From Candidatus Omnitrophota bacterium (GTDB taxonomy: Bacteria > Omnitrophota > Gorgyraeia > Zapsychrales > Zapsychraceae), in assembly GCA_015233115.1 (NCBI GenBank), contig JADFYJ010000005.1, positions 86,359 through 150,358 of the forward strand: DNA of 64,000 nt, written 5' to 3'. Each line of letters opens with the position of its first letter. The first letter of the stretch is position 1. Both the position numbers and the translations under genes were made by a program. The notes beneath the pieces are model-generated. The model made no database searches. It was not told where the DNA came from and saw only the letters and a program-made list of their open reading frames with translations. Positions 27,780 through 37,752 of the stretch are shown here, piece after piece.

Positions 27780-29576
27780 TCATGCCTGAAACTGCATGGT
27801 ATACAATTTGTTATAAAGAGGACAATTTTCTATGAGCTCTTCATGTCTTCCTTGCCCAACAATCTGACCTTTTTCGATAACAACAATCATATCGGCTTTT
27901 TTAATCGTTGATAACCGATGCGCAATAGCTACCACAGTACGGCCCTTCATAAATTCATAAAGCGCGGTCTGAATAAATTGCTCAGATTCAGAATCCAAAT
28001 GCGACGTTGCCTCATCTAAAATAAGAATAGGCGCATTTTTTAATATGGCTCTGGCAATCGTGATCCGTTGTTTTTCCCCGCCGGATAAACGAAATCCTCG
28101 ATCCCCAACGATGGTGTCATATCCGTGCGGCATCTTCATTACAAATAGATGAGCAAAAGCTTTTTTTGCCGCATCCTCAATTTGCTCTTGTGTAACTCCC
28201 GGCATCCCATAAGCAATGTTAGCTTTCACGGTATCATTAAACAAGATCGCTTCCTGGGAAACAACTCCAATTTGACCACGCAATGATTTGAATGTCACAT
28301 CCTTAATATCAATGCCGTCAATGCTCACTAGTCCGCTGGTCGAATCGTAAAAACGAGGGATCAAATTAACCAGTGTTGTTTTCCCCGTGCCAGTCGGCCC
28401 TACTATAGCGACCACTTGGCCGCTCTTGACTTCCAAATTTATCCCTTTTAACACCATCCCAGATTCCTGTTGATAAGAGAAATCCACCTGGTCGATTTTG
28501 ATCACAGACGAAAATTTAGGCAGGTCCATCGCGTCCGATTTTTCTTTGACGACAACTTCCGCGTCTAAAACTTCATAAATACGCACGTTTGCCGCTAAAC
28601 CCTGCTGGATCAACGCCACCGCATTGCCCAGTTTTTTTACGGGGCTGATGATCAACATGATAGAACCGATAAACATCCCCAATATACCAAATGACATTTT
28701 ATGTTCCATGACCGGGGCGGCCAGCGCTGAAATGACGCCCACCACAAAAAGCCCAGCAATAGTTTCAATCAAAGGCGAGATCACAATCAACCGGCGGACC
28801 GATTTCATCTTTAGTTTATAAAAATCCTGATTTCTGACCCGAAATCGTTCCTTTTCATATTTCTCGGAACAGAAAGCTTTAACCACCCGAATGCCGGAAA
28901 TTGTTTCCAGAAGATGAGAATTAATATCCGCCATTTTTTCCTGCGTACCCCTTGATATCTTGCGTAGTTTTTTACCTATCACAGTAAGAGGAATGGCAAT
29001 AAGCGGAAAAACAAAAAATATCACCATAGCTCCGCGCGGATAAAGACCAAACGCTGTGATCACACAAAAAATAATCATAAAAGTCTGCCGGAACAGATCA
29101 ATACACGCGTACGATACCGCGTTTTCAACGACATTAACATCATTGGTGATCCGCGAAATCAATTCTCCAGTTCGTTTTTTACTAAAATATTCCATGGATA
29201 AATCCTGAATCTTCGAATATAAAAGGTAGCGAATATCCCGCATGACCCTTTGCGAAACAGCATTAATTAAAAATTCGTATGTCACGGTCATAATCTGTTT
29301 TAAAAAGAACCCGGCCAAAAATATAGTTAACCCTCCCTTTAACAATACCTTACGGTCCATCGTATTAATCATATGAACCAAATCAGTAATAAATTTTGGC
29401 AAATGAGGATTGGGAAGGATCATTTGTTGGTCAGTAAATATTCGGTCGATCAGGGGCACCAGCATGGAAAACTGAAAAACCTGAAAAATACTCCCAAAAA
29501 AAATCGCCACGATCGCGATAATAAAAATCTTAAGATGCGGCTTAAGAAACTTTAATAATTTTATATAATTATTCAT
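27780..29576 (-). CDS. msbA: ABC exporter, fused permease-ATPase, MsbA-like lipid A / LPS flippase
   Basis: 6-TM N-terminal domain; Walker A GPTGTGKTT, signature LSGGEKQRITIARAIL, Walker B ILILDEATSHLD. Divergent from lpxB. Confidence 0.85.
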   Translation of the reverse strand: MNNYIKLLKFLKPHLKIFIIAIVAIFFGSIFQVFQFSMLVPLIDRIFTDQQMILPNPHLPKFITDLVHMINTMDRKVLLKGGLTIFLAGFFLKQIMTVTYEFLINAVSQRVMRDIRYLLYSKIQDLSMEYFSKKRTGELISRITNDVNVVENAVSYACIDLFRQTFMIIFCVITAFGLYPRGAMVIFFVFPLIAIPLTVIGKKLRKISRGTQEKMADINSHLLETISGIRVVKAFCSEKYEKERFRVRNQDFYKLKMKSVRRLIVISPLIETIAGLFVVGVISALAAPVMEHKMSFGILGMFIGSIMLIISPVKKLGNAVALIQQGLAANVRIYEVLDAEVVVKEKSDAMDLPKFSSVIKIDQVDFSYQQESGMVLKGINLEVKSGQVVAIVGPTGTGKTTLVNLIPRFYDSTSGLVSIDGIDIKDVTFKSLRGQIGVVSQEAILFNDTVKANIAYGMPGVTQEQIEDAAKKAFAHLFVMKMPHGYDTIVGDRGFRLSGGEKQRITIARAILKNAPILILDEATSHLDSESEQFIQTALYEFMKGRTVVAIAHRLSTIKKADMIVVIEKGQIVGQGRHEELIENCPLYNKLYTMQFQA

Positions 29577-29588
29577 AAAAAAATTTAT

Positions 29589-29700
29589 ACGGTTTTTGGT
29601 TGATGATTTTTAGTTTTTAAAGAAAAGTTTTTTATCAAAAATCGCTTTGCCATCAAGGCCTTTTCTTTGTTACTCTGTTACACTGTTACTCTGTTACTTA
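29589..29700. repeat. hybrid element in the divergent msbA/lpxB region: L arm of GGTTTTTGG type (29589-29618), core caaaaatcgctttgccatcaaggccttttc, R arm of GTAACAGAG type (29667-29700). The two arms are not complementary.
   Basis: Read from sequence. Confidence 0.8.
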
Positions 29701-29928
29701 TTATTATATATTTAAGGGGCGATATTATCACACGGATTGACTTTTGTCGAGCCCTTTGTTACCATAAATGTCAGTAAAAAAAGAAGGGAGAAAAGAGACG
29801 ATAGAAAATAGACAAACATAAAAATAAAACCAAAACAACATAAAACAATTTTTTAAAATTCCGTTGATTTTATGTTACGAATTCGCTTTTTTATTTTTCT
29901 ATTTTCTATAATCATCAAAATATATTTT

Positions 29929-31116
29929 ATGCCATTCACAAGCGACCCTCAGAAAACTAAACACATATTTATTATCGCCGGCGAAGCATCAGGCGATATC
30001 CATGCCAGCCATTTGGTCGAAGCGATCAAACGCAAACAGCCATCCTGGCATTTTTCTGGACTGGGCGGAGAACATTTAAAAAATGCAGGTGTGCAAATTT
30101 ACGAAGATCTCACCCAAATGGCCTTTATTGGCGTCTGGGACGTGCTGATCCATTTCCCCCAAATCAAAGCCATATTCGACCGGACAATTCATCGCATCAA
30201 AAGTTCAGCACCAGATGCGGTGATTTTAGTTGATTATCCAGGATTCAACCTCCGCTTAGCTAAAAAAATTAAAAAGATGGGTATCAAAGTAATTTACTAC
30301 ATCAGCCCCCAGGTTTGGGCCTGGAAAAAGAAACGCGTTTTTTTTATACAAAAATATACTGATCGGATGATGGTTTTTTTCAATTTCGAAAAAGATTTTT
30401 ACGCCCAATTTGGCATAACGGTAGATTATGTGGGACATCCCCTCGTAGATATGGTGAAACCCGCCATAAAAGCGGACTTAATCCGTCAAAAATTATCCTT
30501 ACTGAGCGACCGTTTAACAGTAGGATTATTACCCGGATCCCGCCACAAAGAAATTGAATCTCTGCTGGATCCGATGCTGGCCGCCTGTCGAATTTTGAAA
30601 AAAAATTTTTCCTGGATACAATTTGTCCTGGTCAAAGCGCCAACGATATCCCGGGAACATTTAGAGAGTCATTTAAAAAACTATTCCGATCTACACGCCA
30701 AAATTTCGGAAGAAGGCAATTACAATTCCATCAATGCCTGTGACGTGTGCGTGGTCGCCTCGGGCACTGCCACGCTGGAAGTCGCCTTACTGGAAAAACC
30801 CATGGTCATTATCTACAAAACTAATTTTCTGACTTATATCCTGGGTAAAATACTCATTAATATCAAATTCCTGGGCCTTCCCAATATAATTGCCGGAAAA
30901 TCTATTGTCACTGAATTAATTCAAAACCAGGCCAATCCTCCCCGCATAGCTGCTGAAATCCGTTCAATCGTAACCGATGAAATAAAAATTGCCGGAATAA
31001 AATCGGAACTTAAAAATCTAAAACATAAGTTAGATCAAGGCGGGGCAGCCGAACGCGCGGCGGATATAGTAATAAAGACAATTTTGTCCGAAAAATGTGA
31101 CAATGTGACAATGTGA
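29929..31116 (+). CDS. lpxB: lipid-A-disaccharide synthase
   Basis: KHIFIIAGEASGDIHASHLVEAIK...LGGEHLKNAGV...VILVDYPGFNLRLAKKIKKMGIKVIYYISPQVWAWKKKR. GT19. The C-terminal residues CDNVTM-stop are encoded by a TGTGACAA tandem repeat. Confidence 0.9.
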   Translation: MPFTSDPQKTKHIFIIAGEASGDIHASHLVEAIKRKQPSWHFSGLGGEHLKNAGVQIYEDLTQMAFIGVWDVLIHFPQIKAIFDRTIHRIKSSAPDAVILVDYPGFNLRLAKKIKKMGIKVIYYISPQVWAWKKKRVFFIQKYTDRMMVFFNFEKDFYAQFGITVDYVGHPLVDMVKPAIKADLIRQKLSLLSDRLTVGLLPGSRHKEIESLLDPMLAACRILKKNFSWIQFVLVKAPTISREHLESHLKNYSDLHAKISEEGNYNSINACDVCVVASGTATLEVALLEKPMVIIYKTNFLTYILGKILINIKFLGLPNIIAGKSIVTELIQNQANPPRIAAEIRSIVTDEIKIAGIKSELKNLKHKLDQGGAAERAADIVIKTILSEKCDNVTM

Positions 31117-31172
31117 CAGTGTGACAATGCAAAAACGTTCTGCAGGGAAAAAGCGTTACATTGTTACTTTAC
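31094..31172. repeat. TGTGACAA 8-mer tandem array (4.5 units) plus inverted partial copy gttacattgttac between convergent lpxB and batE. Encodes the last residues and stop of both genes.
   Basis: aatgtgacaatgtgacaatgtgacagtgtgacaatg ... cgttacattgttactttac. Confidence 0.85.
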
Positions 31173-31926
31173 TTTTATCAACCTTTTCTAAAACTCCCGT
31201 CTCCACCCATCCACTTTTCCCGTCCATGCGCTCGATCTTACTCCACCCATCCTGTTCTTCTTTAACCCGCACTTCTGTGCCTTCATAAAGCGTAAAATAT
31301 GTGGTTGCATCTTTTCTAGGCTCAAACCGCGCGTCACTCTGGGACATAATAACGGACAATCCCCGATCCAAATATATTTTTACTCCCAATCCAAACATTA
31401 AACACAATATCAAAATAACGCTTATCCCGATAAGAACCTTCCGTCCAATAGGAAGCCACCTCATGTAATACGACCCCACAAATAAACTCCCGCTCAAAAA
31501 TAAAATCCAGCCTAACAGTCCTATAATTCCATCAAAAGAACATCTATTAACCGTATCCGCGACCCAGGAATTCTTTTCTGCTATTTTAGGCCCTTTAACC
31601 GTGTCCAATGCATGCTGCAGATTAAATTGAACATCCCGATCATATGGCGTAAGCCGCAAGGCTCTTTCATATTCTAAAACTGTTTTACCTAACTTATTAT
31701 TTTTAAAATACGCGTTGCCTAAATTATAATGAATTGGTCCGCTCTCCATATCCCGGCTGAGAATTTGTTCATAAATATCAATGCTTTCTTTATATTTCCC
31801 TTGACGGTATAAGTCCGTGGCTTGTTTAAAATCATCTTGCGCCATATCCACGATAACATCCGCCCCGACCCGCGCCGCGGATAAGGCAAGAAATAAAAAA
31901 ACCAAACCATTTAAAAACCGTTTCAT
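31156..31926 (-). CDS. batE: BatE-like protein: signal peptide, TPR repeats, TM helices, C-terminal SH3-like domain
   Basis: ...DLYRQGKYKESIDIYEQIL...YNLGNAYFKNNKLGKTVLEYERALRL... then TM segments and ...DGWSKIERMDGKSGWVE. Last gene of the Bat operon. Confidence 0.75.
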   Translation of the reverse strand: MKRFLNGLVFLFLALSAARVGADVIVDMAQDDFKQATDLYRQGKYKESIDIYEQILSRDMESGPIHYNLGNAYFKNNKLGKTVLEYERALRLTPYDRDVQFNLQHALDTVKGPKIAEKNSWVADTVNRCSFDGIIGLLGWILFLSGSLFVGSYYMRWLPIGRKVLIGISVILILCLMFGLGVKIYLDRGLSVIMSQSDARFEPRKDATTYFTLYEGTEVRVKEEQDGWSKIERMDGKSGWVETGVLEKVDKSKVTM

Positions 31927-31959
31927 GCAAAATCCTTTCGAAAATCTATAACATTTTTT

Positions 31960-32042
31960 AGTTCATGGTTGTTGGTTTTTAGTTGTTGGGTATAAAATTA
32001 TTCTTTTTTTCCAAAAACCAAAAACTATCAACTATCAACCAT
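31960..32042. repeat. paired repeat-array element (GGTTTTTGG type) between batD stop and batE start; loop aaaattattcttttttt
   Basis: Read from sequence; the R arm abuts the batD stop codon. Confidence 0.85.
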
Positions 32043-33836
32043 TTAATAATTACGTTCTAAATAATCTATTATCTTCTCCGCTTTTATATAAGCCTCCCGC
32101 ATACGGTGACCATCAATTTTCGCTTGAGCAAACCTCACCGCGTCACATTCATCAAATAAACTGGCAACAGCTGAAGAAACATTTTGCCAGCGCGTATCCC
32201 CTTTAAACCGTTCGTTTAATTTAACTGAGGCTATTTCTCCAAGCGGCAAATCAAATTTATTGACCATATAAAGAGCTACGGTTTCAAACAAAACATCATA
32301 AAATTCTTTAACCTTTTGCCGCTCTAAAAATTCCATAGCTTTGGCAAAACCCTGCCGAGCATGTCGCGGAGCTTTTAAACTCTTGGCGAATTTTGAATCT
32401 GTCCTCAGCCGCTCATTGTAGAAAAAATAATAATACGCTGATCCCCATACTCCTAAAATCAAAAACCATAATAAATAAAAACCAAAATGATAGTAAAAAT
32501 GATCCCCGAAACGATGGACGCTCCCCCAATCTTCTTTAATAAACAATATGTCCTCACCTAATTTTTCCGGTTCAAGGCGTTTGATCTTTTTGTCAAATTC
32601 AACCACTTTTAACTGATCGCCAGCTTCCGCAGGAGTGACCTCTAATTTAAAAGGCCCTTTGGTAATACTCCGGTATTGCCCGATCGCCGGATCGAAATAC
32701 GAAAATGTCAAAACCGGGAATTCCTTGATATTTTGATCCTTCGGAATGGCGACTTGCTCTAACGATTTCGTATTATCCTGGATCTTAACCGTCGGATCAT
32801 AATCTTTAAATTGATCAAATCGATTAATTTCAGGGAATTTTAAATCGCGCAAATTGCCTTCTCCCGTGACCGACATTTTAACAGTTAAAGGGTCTCCCAC
32901 TTTAACTGCGGTCGGCGACACGGTCGCATCAAAATCAAATTTTCCAACCGCTCCAGAAAAATGGTCTGGCTGTCCTTGAACAGGTAAATCTTTGACCGTC
33001 AAATTAATTATCCCGGAGTTCAGTGTTATTGGCCGCTTATCCTGAAGATTAAAAAAATCATTCATAAAATTCTGATCAAAAACATCCCCAAATTGATTTT
33101 GAAGATTATTACTGCTTGACTTGGCGATTAAAATCTGGCAAGTCGTGGTCGCAGGTTTAAAAATAATTGTTCCGGATTTTTTAGGATAAAAATAGCGTTC
33201 AAAAACCACCACATTGTACCGTACCCCATTGATCACTTGTTGGCCCTGCTTCGGCTCTAAATAATCTTCAAAATTAATCCCCGCCGCATCGAGTTTAGGA
33301 TATTCAATGTCACCCACTTTTAAATCTGCGACAAATAATCCAATCTGGATTTTAACTTTTTCTCCGACATAAACCTCATTTTTTTCAAACCGCTGAGCTA
33401 AAAATATCTTATCCTCTAAGTTCTTTACTTGCCCCCCGTCGGCAGGCTTTGCCGCAGACGTTGCTTGAACATTGACTTTAATAGGAATAGACGAAAATTG
33501 TTTCCCATCCGCGTCAGCCGTTAACGCCGGAATCGTAAACACTCCAACTTTTTTGGGGTACAATGCGTAATTAAAAGTAATCGACGAGCTGTATTGTCCA
33601 TTAACTATCGACACTCTGCGGGAGGGGCCAACGTATTTTACATCAAACCCATCAATAGCTTTCACTTCAACCGGAGTTGCATTCTGCGCGCCATTAACCG
33701 TCAAACTCAATTGAATCGCCGAATCCAATCCCACCGTAGTCCGATCCACTTCAGCAAAAAACTTAATCTCCGCGAAAGCCAATTGGCCAATGCCCAACAC
33801 AATTAGAAAAAATAATATAGTTATTTTTTTATTCAT
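32043..33836 (-). CDS. batD: BatD (oxygen tolerance protein family)
   Basis: Signal peptide, beta-rich body, C-terminal multi-TM region (FYYHFGFYLLWFLILGVWGSAYYYFFY). 597 aa, sits in the conserved Bat position. Confidence 0.8.
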   Translation of the reverse strand: MNKKITILFFLIVLGIGQLAFAEIKFFAEVDRTTVGLDSAIQLSLTVNGAQNATPVEVKAIDGFDVKYVGPSRRVSIVNGQYSSSITFNYALYPKKVGVFTIPALTADADGKQFSSIPIKVNVQATSAAKPADGGQVKNLEDKIFLAQRFEKNEVYVGEKVKIQIGLFVADLKVGDIEYPKLDAAGINFEDYLEPKQGQQVINGVRYNVVVFERYFYPKKSGTIIFKPATTTCQILIAKSSSNNLQNQFGDVFDQNFMNDFFNLQDKRPITLNSGIINLTVKDLPVQGQPDHFSGAVGKFDFDATVSPTAVKVGDPLTVKMSVTGEGNLRDLKFPEINRFDQFKDYDPTVKIQDNTKSLEQVAIPKDQNIKEFPVLTFSYFDPAIGQYRSITKGPFKLEVTPAEAGDQLKVVEFDKKIKRLEPEKLGEDILFIKEDWGSVHRFGDHFYYHFGFYLLWFLILGVWGSAYYYFFYNERLRTDSKFAKSLKAPRHARQGFAKAMEFLERQKVKEFYDVLFETVALYMVNKFDLPLGEIASVKLNERFKGDTRWQNVSSAVASLFDECDAVRFAQAKIDGHRMREAYIKAEKIIDYLERNY

Positions 33837-33901
33837 AGTCTTAACCGTTGGACCACCGCGTCGGTGGACCAGGATCCACCGACGCGGAGGCCTGCATTAT
33901 T

Positions 33902-34882
33902 TTACCAGTCCTTCTCCGGCTGCCCCAAACCTTTGCCCGGATTTAAATTTAGTGTTCCTTTAGGCTCTTCATTATTTTGGTAGTCATTTAACAATGACTG
34001 AGGACTTTTCTGGCTCTGAGGAGCGTTCCCAGAATTTTTATCCTGGTCATTAGAATTATTTTTACCATCATCATTTTTATTTTGATCATTGTTGCCATTT
34101 TTACCATCATTATTATTCTTTTGATCATTGCTGTCACTTTTTCCATCATTATTTTTGTCCTGGTCATTCTTGTCTTTTTTGTCATCCTTATTTTTATCCT
34201 GGCCATTCCTGTCGTTTTTATCATCCTTATTTTTATCCTCGCCATTCTGATCCTGCTGACTTTTATCCTTCCCGCCACCATTACTCCCACCGCCACCACC
34301 TCCGCCTCCGCCTCCACCTCCCCCTCCACCGCCGCCACCTGAATCACGCTCACAAGACCCATCCTCGTTCCAATATTTAGACGGCATCTTCTTTTTTTTG
34401 TTCAACCGTTCAATTTCTTGTGTCATCAAACTTGAATTGTAAACCACGTCCTGATCATGTGGCGCAATCTTTAAAGCTTCCTGATATGATCCGATAGCGT
34501 CATTAACCAATTTTTTCGCGGCATCTAGATCACACCCTGCTTCTTTGACACGGGCCATCCGATAAAAAATATTACCGCGATTATAATAAGCCTTTTCCCT
34601 TATTGCAAAATTATCCGATAATAAAGCCTTATCAATATAACTTTTTGATTTATCAAACTCGGAAATTTTGTACAACGCTGTTGCCGTGTTATAATTCGCC
34701 ATGGCAGATTCCGGATCTTTCGCGACCGCGTCTTTGAAATACTCAACCGACTGCTCATACCGCCCCTGCCGATAAAGCTTATTCCCTTTGCGGAGATCCT
34801 TGGTCTCTTCATTGGCAAAAACGTTCACGCTTACACCTGCCAGGAAAAAAAATATTGTGAATATTATAAAATATTGTTTCAT
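33902..34882 (-). CDS. batC: BatC-like secreted TPR protein with 18-residue poly-Gly and an about 120-aa Asp/Lys/Asn-rich repetitive tail
   Basis: SP plus TPRs (YRQGRYEQSVEYFKDAVAKDPESAMANYNTATALYK...), then GGGGGGGGGGGGGGGGGG and DKNKDDKNDRNGQDKNKDDKKDKNDQ... encoded by imperfect tandem DNA repeats. Confidence 0.75.
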   Translation of the reverse strand: MKQYFIIFTIFFFLAGVSVNVFANEETKDLRKGNKLYRQGRYEQSVEYFKDAVAKDPESAMANYNTATALYKISEFDKSKSYIDKALLSDNFAIREKAYYNRGNIFYRMARVKEAGCDLDAAKKLVNDAIGSYQEALKIAPHDQDVVYNSSLMTQEIERLNKKKKMPSKYWNEDGSCERDSGGGGGGGGGGGGGGGGGGSNGGGKDKSQQDQNGEDKNKDDKNDRNGQDKNKDDKKDKNDQDKNNDGKSDSNDQKNNNDGKNGNNDQNKNDDGKNNSNDQDKNSGNAPQSQKSPQSLLNDYQNNEEPKGTLNLNPGKGLGQPEKDW

Positions 34883-34971
34883 GATCGCATTAACGTTTTT
34901 TTGCTTTTGATTTCTTTAATTATTAGCCGTGTTTTAAGTAAAGGCCATAAACAACGGTTACCCTATGCTTT

Positions 34972-36015
34972 TTATAAATCGTTTTTTCCTTTACCACCTT
35001 TACCACTTTTAATAAACATCCCCGGCCTAATCCATAAAACAGTATCTAAAATTAAAAACAAAATAGCAATCAACAAGGGGATCTGAAATCTTTCAAAATA
35101 ACGCTTCTCCACTTTCGCTTCAAACTCTTTCTTATCCCATCCGGATAAATATTGATTGTAGATAAGATTTAATCCAAACTCAACGCCGCTGGCCTTAATA
35201 TATGTCCCTTGAGTGGCTGACGCAATCGACTCTAAAATATTTTCGCTGAGACGAGTTTTAACAAAATTTTCTTTATCATCTTTTAAAAATTCCTGACCTC
35301 CCTCAGAATTTTTGATCGGAATCAAATCTCCATCTTTTGTTCCGACACCAATACAAAAAATCTTAACTCCCTGACTGCTGGCCAGATCTGCCACCTTCAG
35401 CGGATCGCCTTCCCAATTTTCCCCGTCTGTAATCAAAATAACGGCTTTGTATTTTCCCGGGCTTTGGTTATATCCTTTTAATGCTTCAGACAATCCGCGT
35501 TCAATATTTGTTCCTCCACGCGAAATAACATCATAATTCAAATTATTCATGGCCATTATAAAACCATTATAATCCACAGTTAAAGGACAGATAGATACAG
35601 CGCTTCCCGCAAACGCGACTAAACCAACTCTATCTCCCTTTAAATTTTCCAATAAATCGCGGATAGCCAATTTAGTCCGCTCCAAACGATTAGGTTTGAC
35701 GTCTGTACTTAACATGCTTTTTGATACGTCCACAACTAATACAATGTCCAAACCCACTCGTTTAGATTTTTCCCAAGTATAACCCCACAACGGCCGCATG
35801 AGCGCAAACATAGAAAACGATAAAACAATAAGGATAATCCCCATACTTACACGGCGAAGTAATATCAAAGAGGGATGCATTAATTGCCGCAAAAGATCTG
35901 TCTGCCCGAATGCTTCCAGAGTCCTCTGGTAAGCACGGTCGAAAAATACAAACAACCCTGCAACAATAAAAATAATCCAAATCAAATTTAAAAAATATAA
36001 ATCAGCAAAATGCAT
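34972..36015 (-). CDS. batB: BatB-like von Willebrand factor A domain membrane protein
   Basis: N-terminal TM helices, then MIDAS region LDIVLVVDVSKSMLSTD...RLERTKLAIRDLLENLKGDRVGLVAFAG. Confidence 0.85.
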   Translation of the reverse strand: MHFADLYFLNLIWIIFIVAGLFVFFDRAYQRTLEAFGQTDLLRQLMHPSLILLRRVSMGIILIVLSFSMFALMRPLWGYTWEKSKRVGLDIVLVVDVSKSMLSTDVKPNRLERTKLAIRDLLENLKGDRVGLVAFAGSAVSICPLTVDYNGFIMAMNNLNYDVISRGGTNIERGLSEALKGYNQSPGKYKAVILITDGENWEGDPLKVADLASSQGVKIFCIGVGTKDGDLIPIKNSEGGQEFLKDDKENFVKTRLSENILESIASATQGTYIKASGVEFGLNLIYNQYLSGWDKKEFEAKVEKRYFERFQIPLLIAILFLILDTVLWIRPGMFIKSGKGGKGKNDL

Positions 36016-36028
36016 AATATATAACTCT

Positions 36029-36127
36029 ATGGTTTTTGGTTGTTGGTTTTTGGTTGTTGGTTTTTAGTTGTTGGTTGTTGAAAACATTCTTTTTTCCAAA
36101 AGCTACAAACCATCAACCATCAACCAT
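36029..36127. repeat. paired repeat-array element (GGTTTTTGGTTGTTGG type, 3.5 units) between batA stop and batB start; loop aaaacattcttttttcc
   Basis: Read from sequence. Confidence 0.85.
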
Positions 36128-36146
36128 AAACTAAAAAAATTTTATC

Positions 36147-37142
36147 TTACGGTATTTTTAAAAACAATGTATTCCGCAAAATCATTTCTCCAATTAACAC
36201 CCCCATAGCCACCAGCAAAAATATTTGAAAAAGTTCTTTATATTGAAAATACTGCTTCCCTTCCATCTTTACTTTTTCTAATGAATCAATCTCATTACAA
36301 ATGGCCGCTAATTCTTGCGTATCTGTTGCCCGATAATATTTCCCGCCTGTGCTGGATGCCACGGCTTTAAGCATTTCTTCATCAATTTCCACCCGAATAT
36401 TTTGATAAAAAACCCGGCCATACTGATCCTGTACTGGATACGGAGCCATACCTCTCACTCCGACACCAATCGTATAAATTTTTATCCCATATGATTTGGC
36501 AGCGAACGCCGCGTCAATAGGCGTCACTGTCCCCCGGTTATTCAATCCATCTGTTAATAAAATAATCACTTTACTTTTAGCTTTAGAATCACGCAAACGC
36601 AAAGTTGCCGACGCAATGGCTGAACCAATCGCCGTTCCATCATCGATTCCTCCCAGTTTCACTTCATCTAAATATTTCGCGATCCAGGTGTAATCCGTCG
36701 TTAAAGGACAAACCGTATACGCGGTTCCCCCAAAAATAACTAACCCGATCCGGTCTGAAACCCGTCTGGATATAAAGTCGCTGACCTGATTTTTAACGGT
36801 ATCTAAACGGGAAATCCGTTTCCCATCCACTTGAAAATCCAACGACGCCATACTGCCGGAATCATCCAACGCCAGCATAATATCAATACCTTCCATTTGT
36901 GAATTGGACTTATCCAATAACAAACGCGGACCAGCCAGCGCAAAAATAAATAATCCTATTGATACCAATCTCAAAATAAACATACTGGTATCACCCTGGA
37001 TCCGCCAGTTTTTCCCCGCAGAGCCCGCGATAAATTTCGAGGGGAATTTGATGCCGCTAGGCCGCGACATATTCCGCTGCACCCATAACACAATAACGGC
37101 GATGGGTATAAAAAATAAAATCCAAAAATTTTTAAAGTCCAT
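36147..37142 (-). CDS. batA: BatA-like vWA domain membrane protein
   Basis: TM helices, GIDIMLALDDSGSMAS...RLDTVKNQVSDFISRRVSDRIGLVIFGGTAY. Confidence 0.85.
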   Translation of the reverse strand: MDFKNFWILFFIPIAVIVLWVQRNMSRPSGIKFPSKFIAGSAGKNWRIQGDTSMFILRLVSIGLFIFALAGPRLLLDKSNSQMEGIDIMLALDDSGSMASLDFQVDGKRISRLDTVKNQVSDFISRRVSDRIGLVIFGGTAYTVCPLTTDYTWIAKYLDEVKLGGIDDGTAIGSAIASATLRLRDSKAKSKVIILLTDGLNNRGTVTPIDAAFAAKSYGIKIYTIGVGVRGMAPYPVQDQYGRVFYQNIRVEIDEEMLKAVASSTGGKYYRATDTQELAAICNEIDSLEKVKMEGKQYFQYKELFQIFLLVAMGVLIGEMILRNTLFLKIP

Positions 37143-37752
37143 GAGTCATCGTTTCTCCGACTAATCTCCGTACCAGCGCCATACTCACTTCAGCATCGGT
37201 CACATTTGAATGAAATCGCGCGAATTTAACCATATCACAATGCGTTAAAAAATCCGCCAAATTTTTTCGGTGATCTTCAGTTAACACCGCGCGGGTTTTA
37301 GGCGCTAACAAAAATTCTTCTGTCGTCATTTCTGGCGCGGATATAGAAAACCGCTCTTCAATATATTGCCGTAAAATATCACTTAACTCGGAAAAATATA
37401 TTTTATATCCTTCTCGTTGAGGCAAGCGTTGTTTTTCTAAAGCATCAATCCGCTCAAAAGTTCTTTCCCATAAAGTTTTAGGCACGGCAACCGGTTCTTT
37501 TTTCTTTCTTAAAGAGAATATAACAAAAATAACCCCTCCGATCACGACCAGCAACACAATAATCCAGGGGATAATAGAAGTCACTTCGCCCAAAACCCCC
37601 ACCGTGATCGTCGGCTTAACATCACGAATATCCCCGTCCGGTTGTTGAGCAAAAGATAGACCAGGAATAAGCAAAAGATGAAAAGCTAAAAGAAAACAAT
37701 ATGAAATAATATTTTTTCGCTTCACATTTACCACCTTTATCACCTTTATCAC
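37132..37752 (-). CDS. DUF4381-like small membrane protein of Bat/MoxR operons
   Basis: Signal peptide/TM, second TM, C-terminal ...FLTHCDMVKFARF... Position between DUF58 and batA is typical for DUF4381. Confidence 0.6.
   Translation of the reverse strand: MIKVIKVVNVKRKNIISYCFLLAFHLLLIPGLSFAQQPDGDIRDVKPTITVGVLGEVTSIIPWIIVLLVVIGGVIFVIFSLRKKKEPVAVPKTLWERTFERIDALEKQRLPQREGYKIYFSELSDILRQYIEERFSISAPEMTTEEFLLAPKTRAVLTEDHRKNLADFLTHCDMVKFARFHSNVTDAEVSMALVRRLVGETMTHGL

Noticed and set aside
33840-33900. GC-rich palindrome ccaccgcgtcggtgg...ccaccgacgcgg between batD and batC as a mobile-element end
   Set aside because: Single occurrence, no flanking transposase or direct repeats. More likely an intra-operon stem-loop.
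33988-34362. Alternative-frame ORFs (33988..34362 minus, 34082..34342 plus) within batC
   Set aside because: Repetitive low-complexity DNA keeps several frames open. Only the frame with signal peptide and TPRs, continuous with the BatC N-terminus, is credible.
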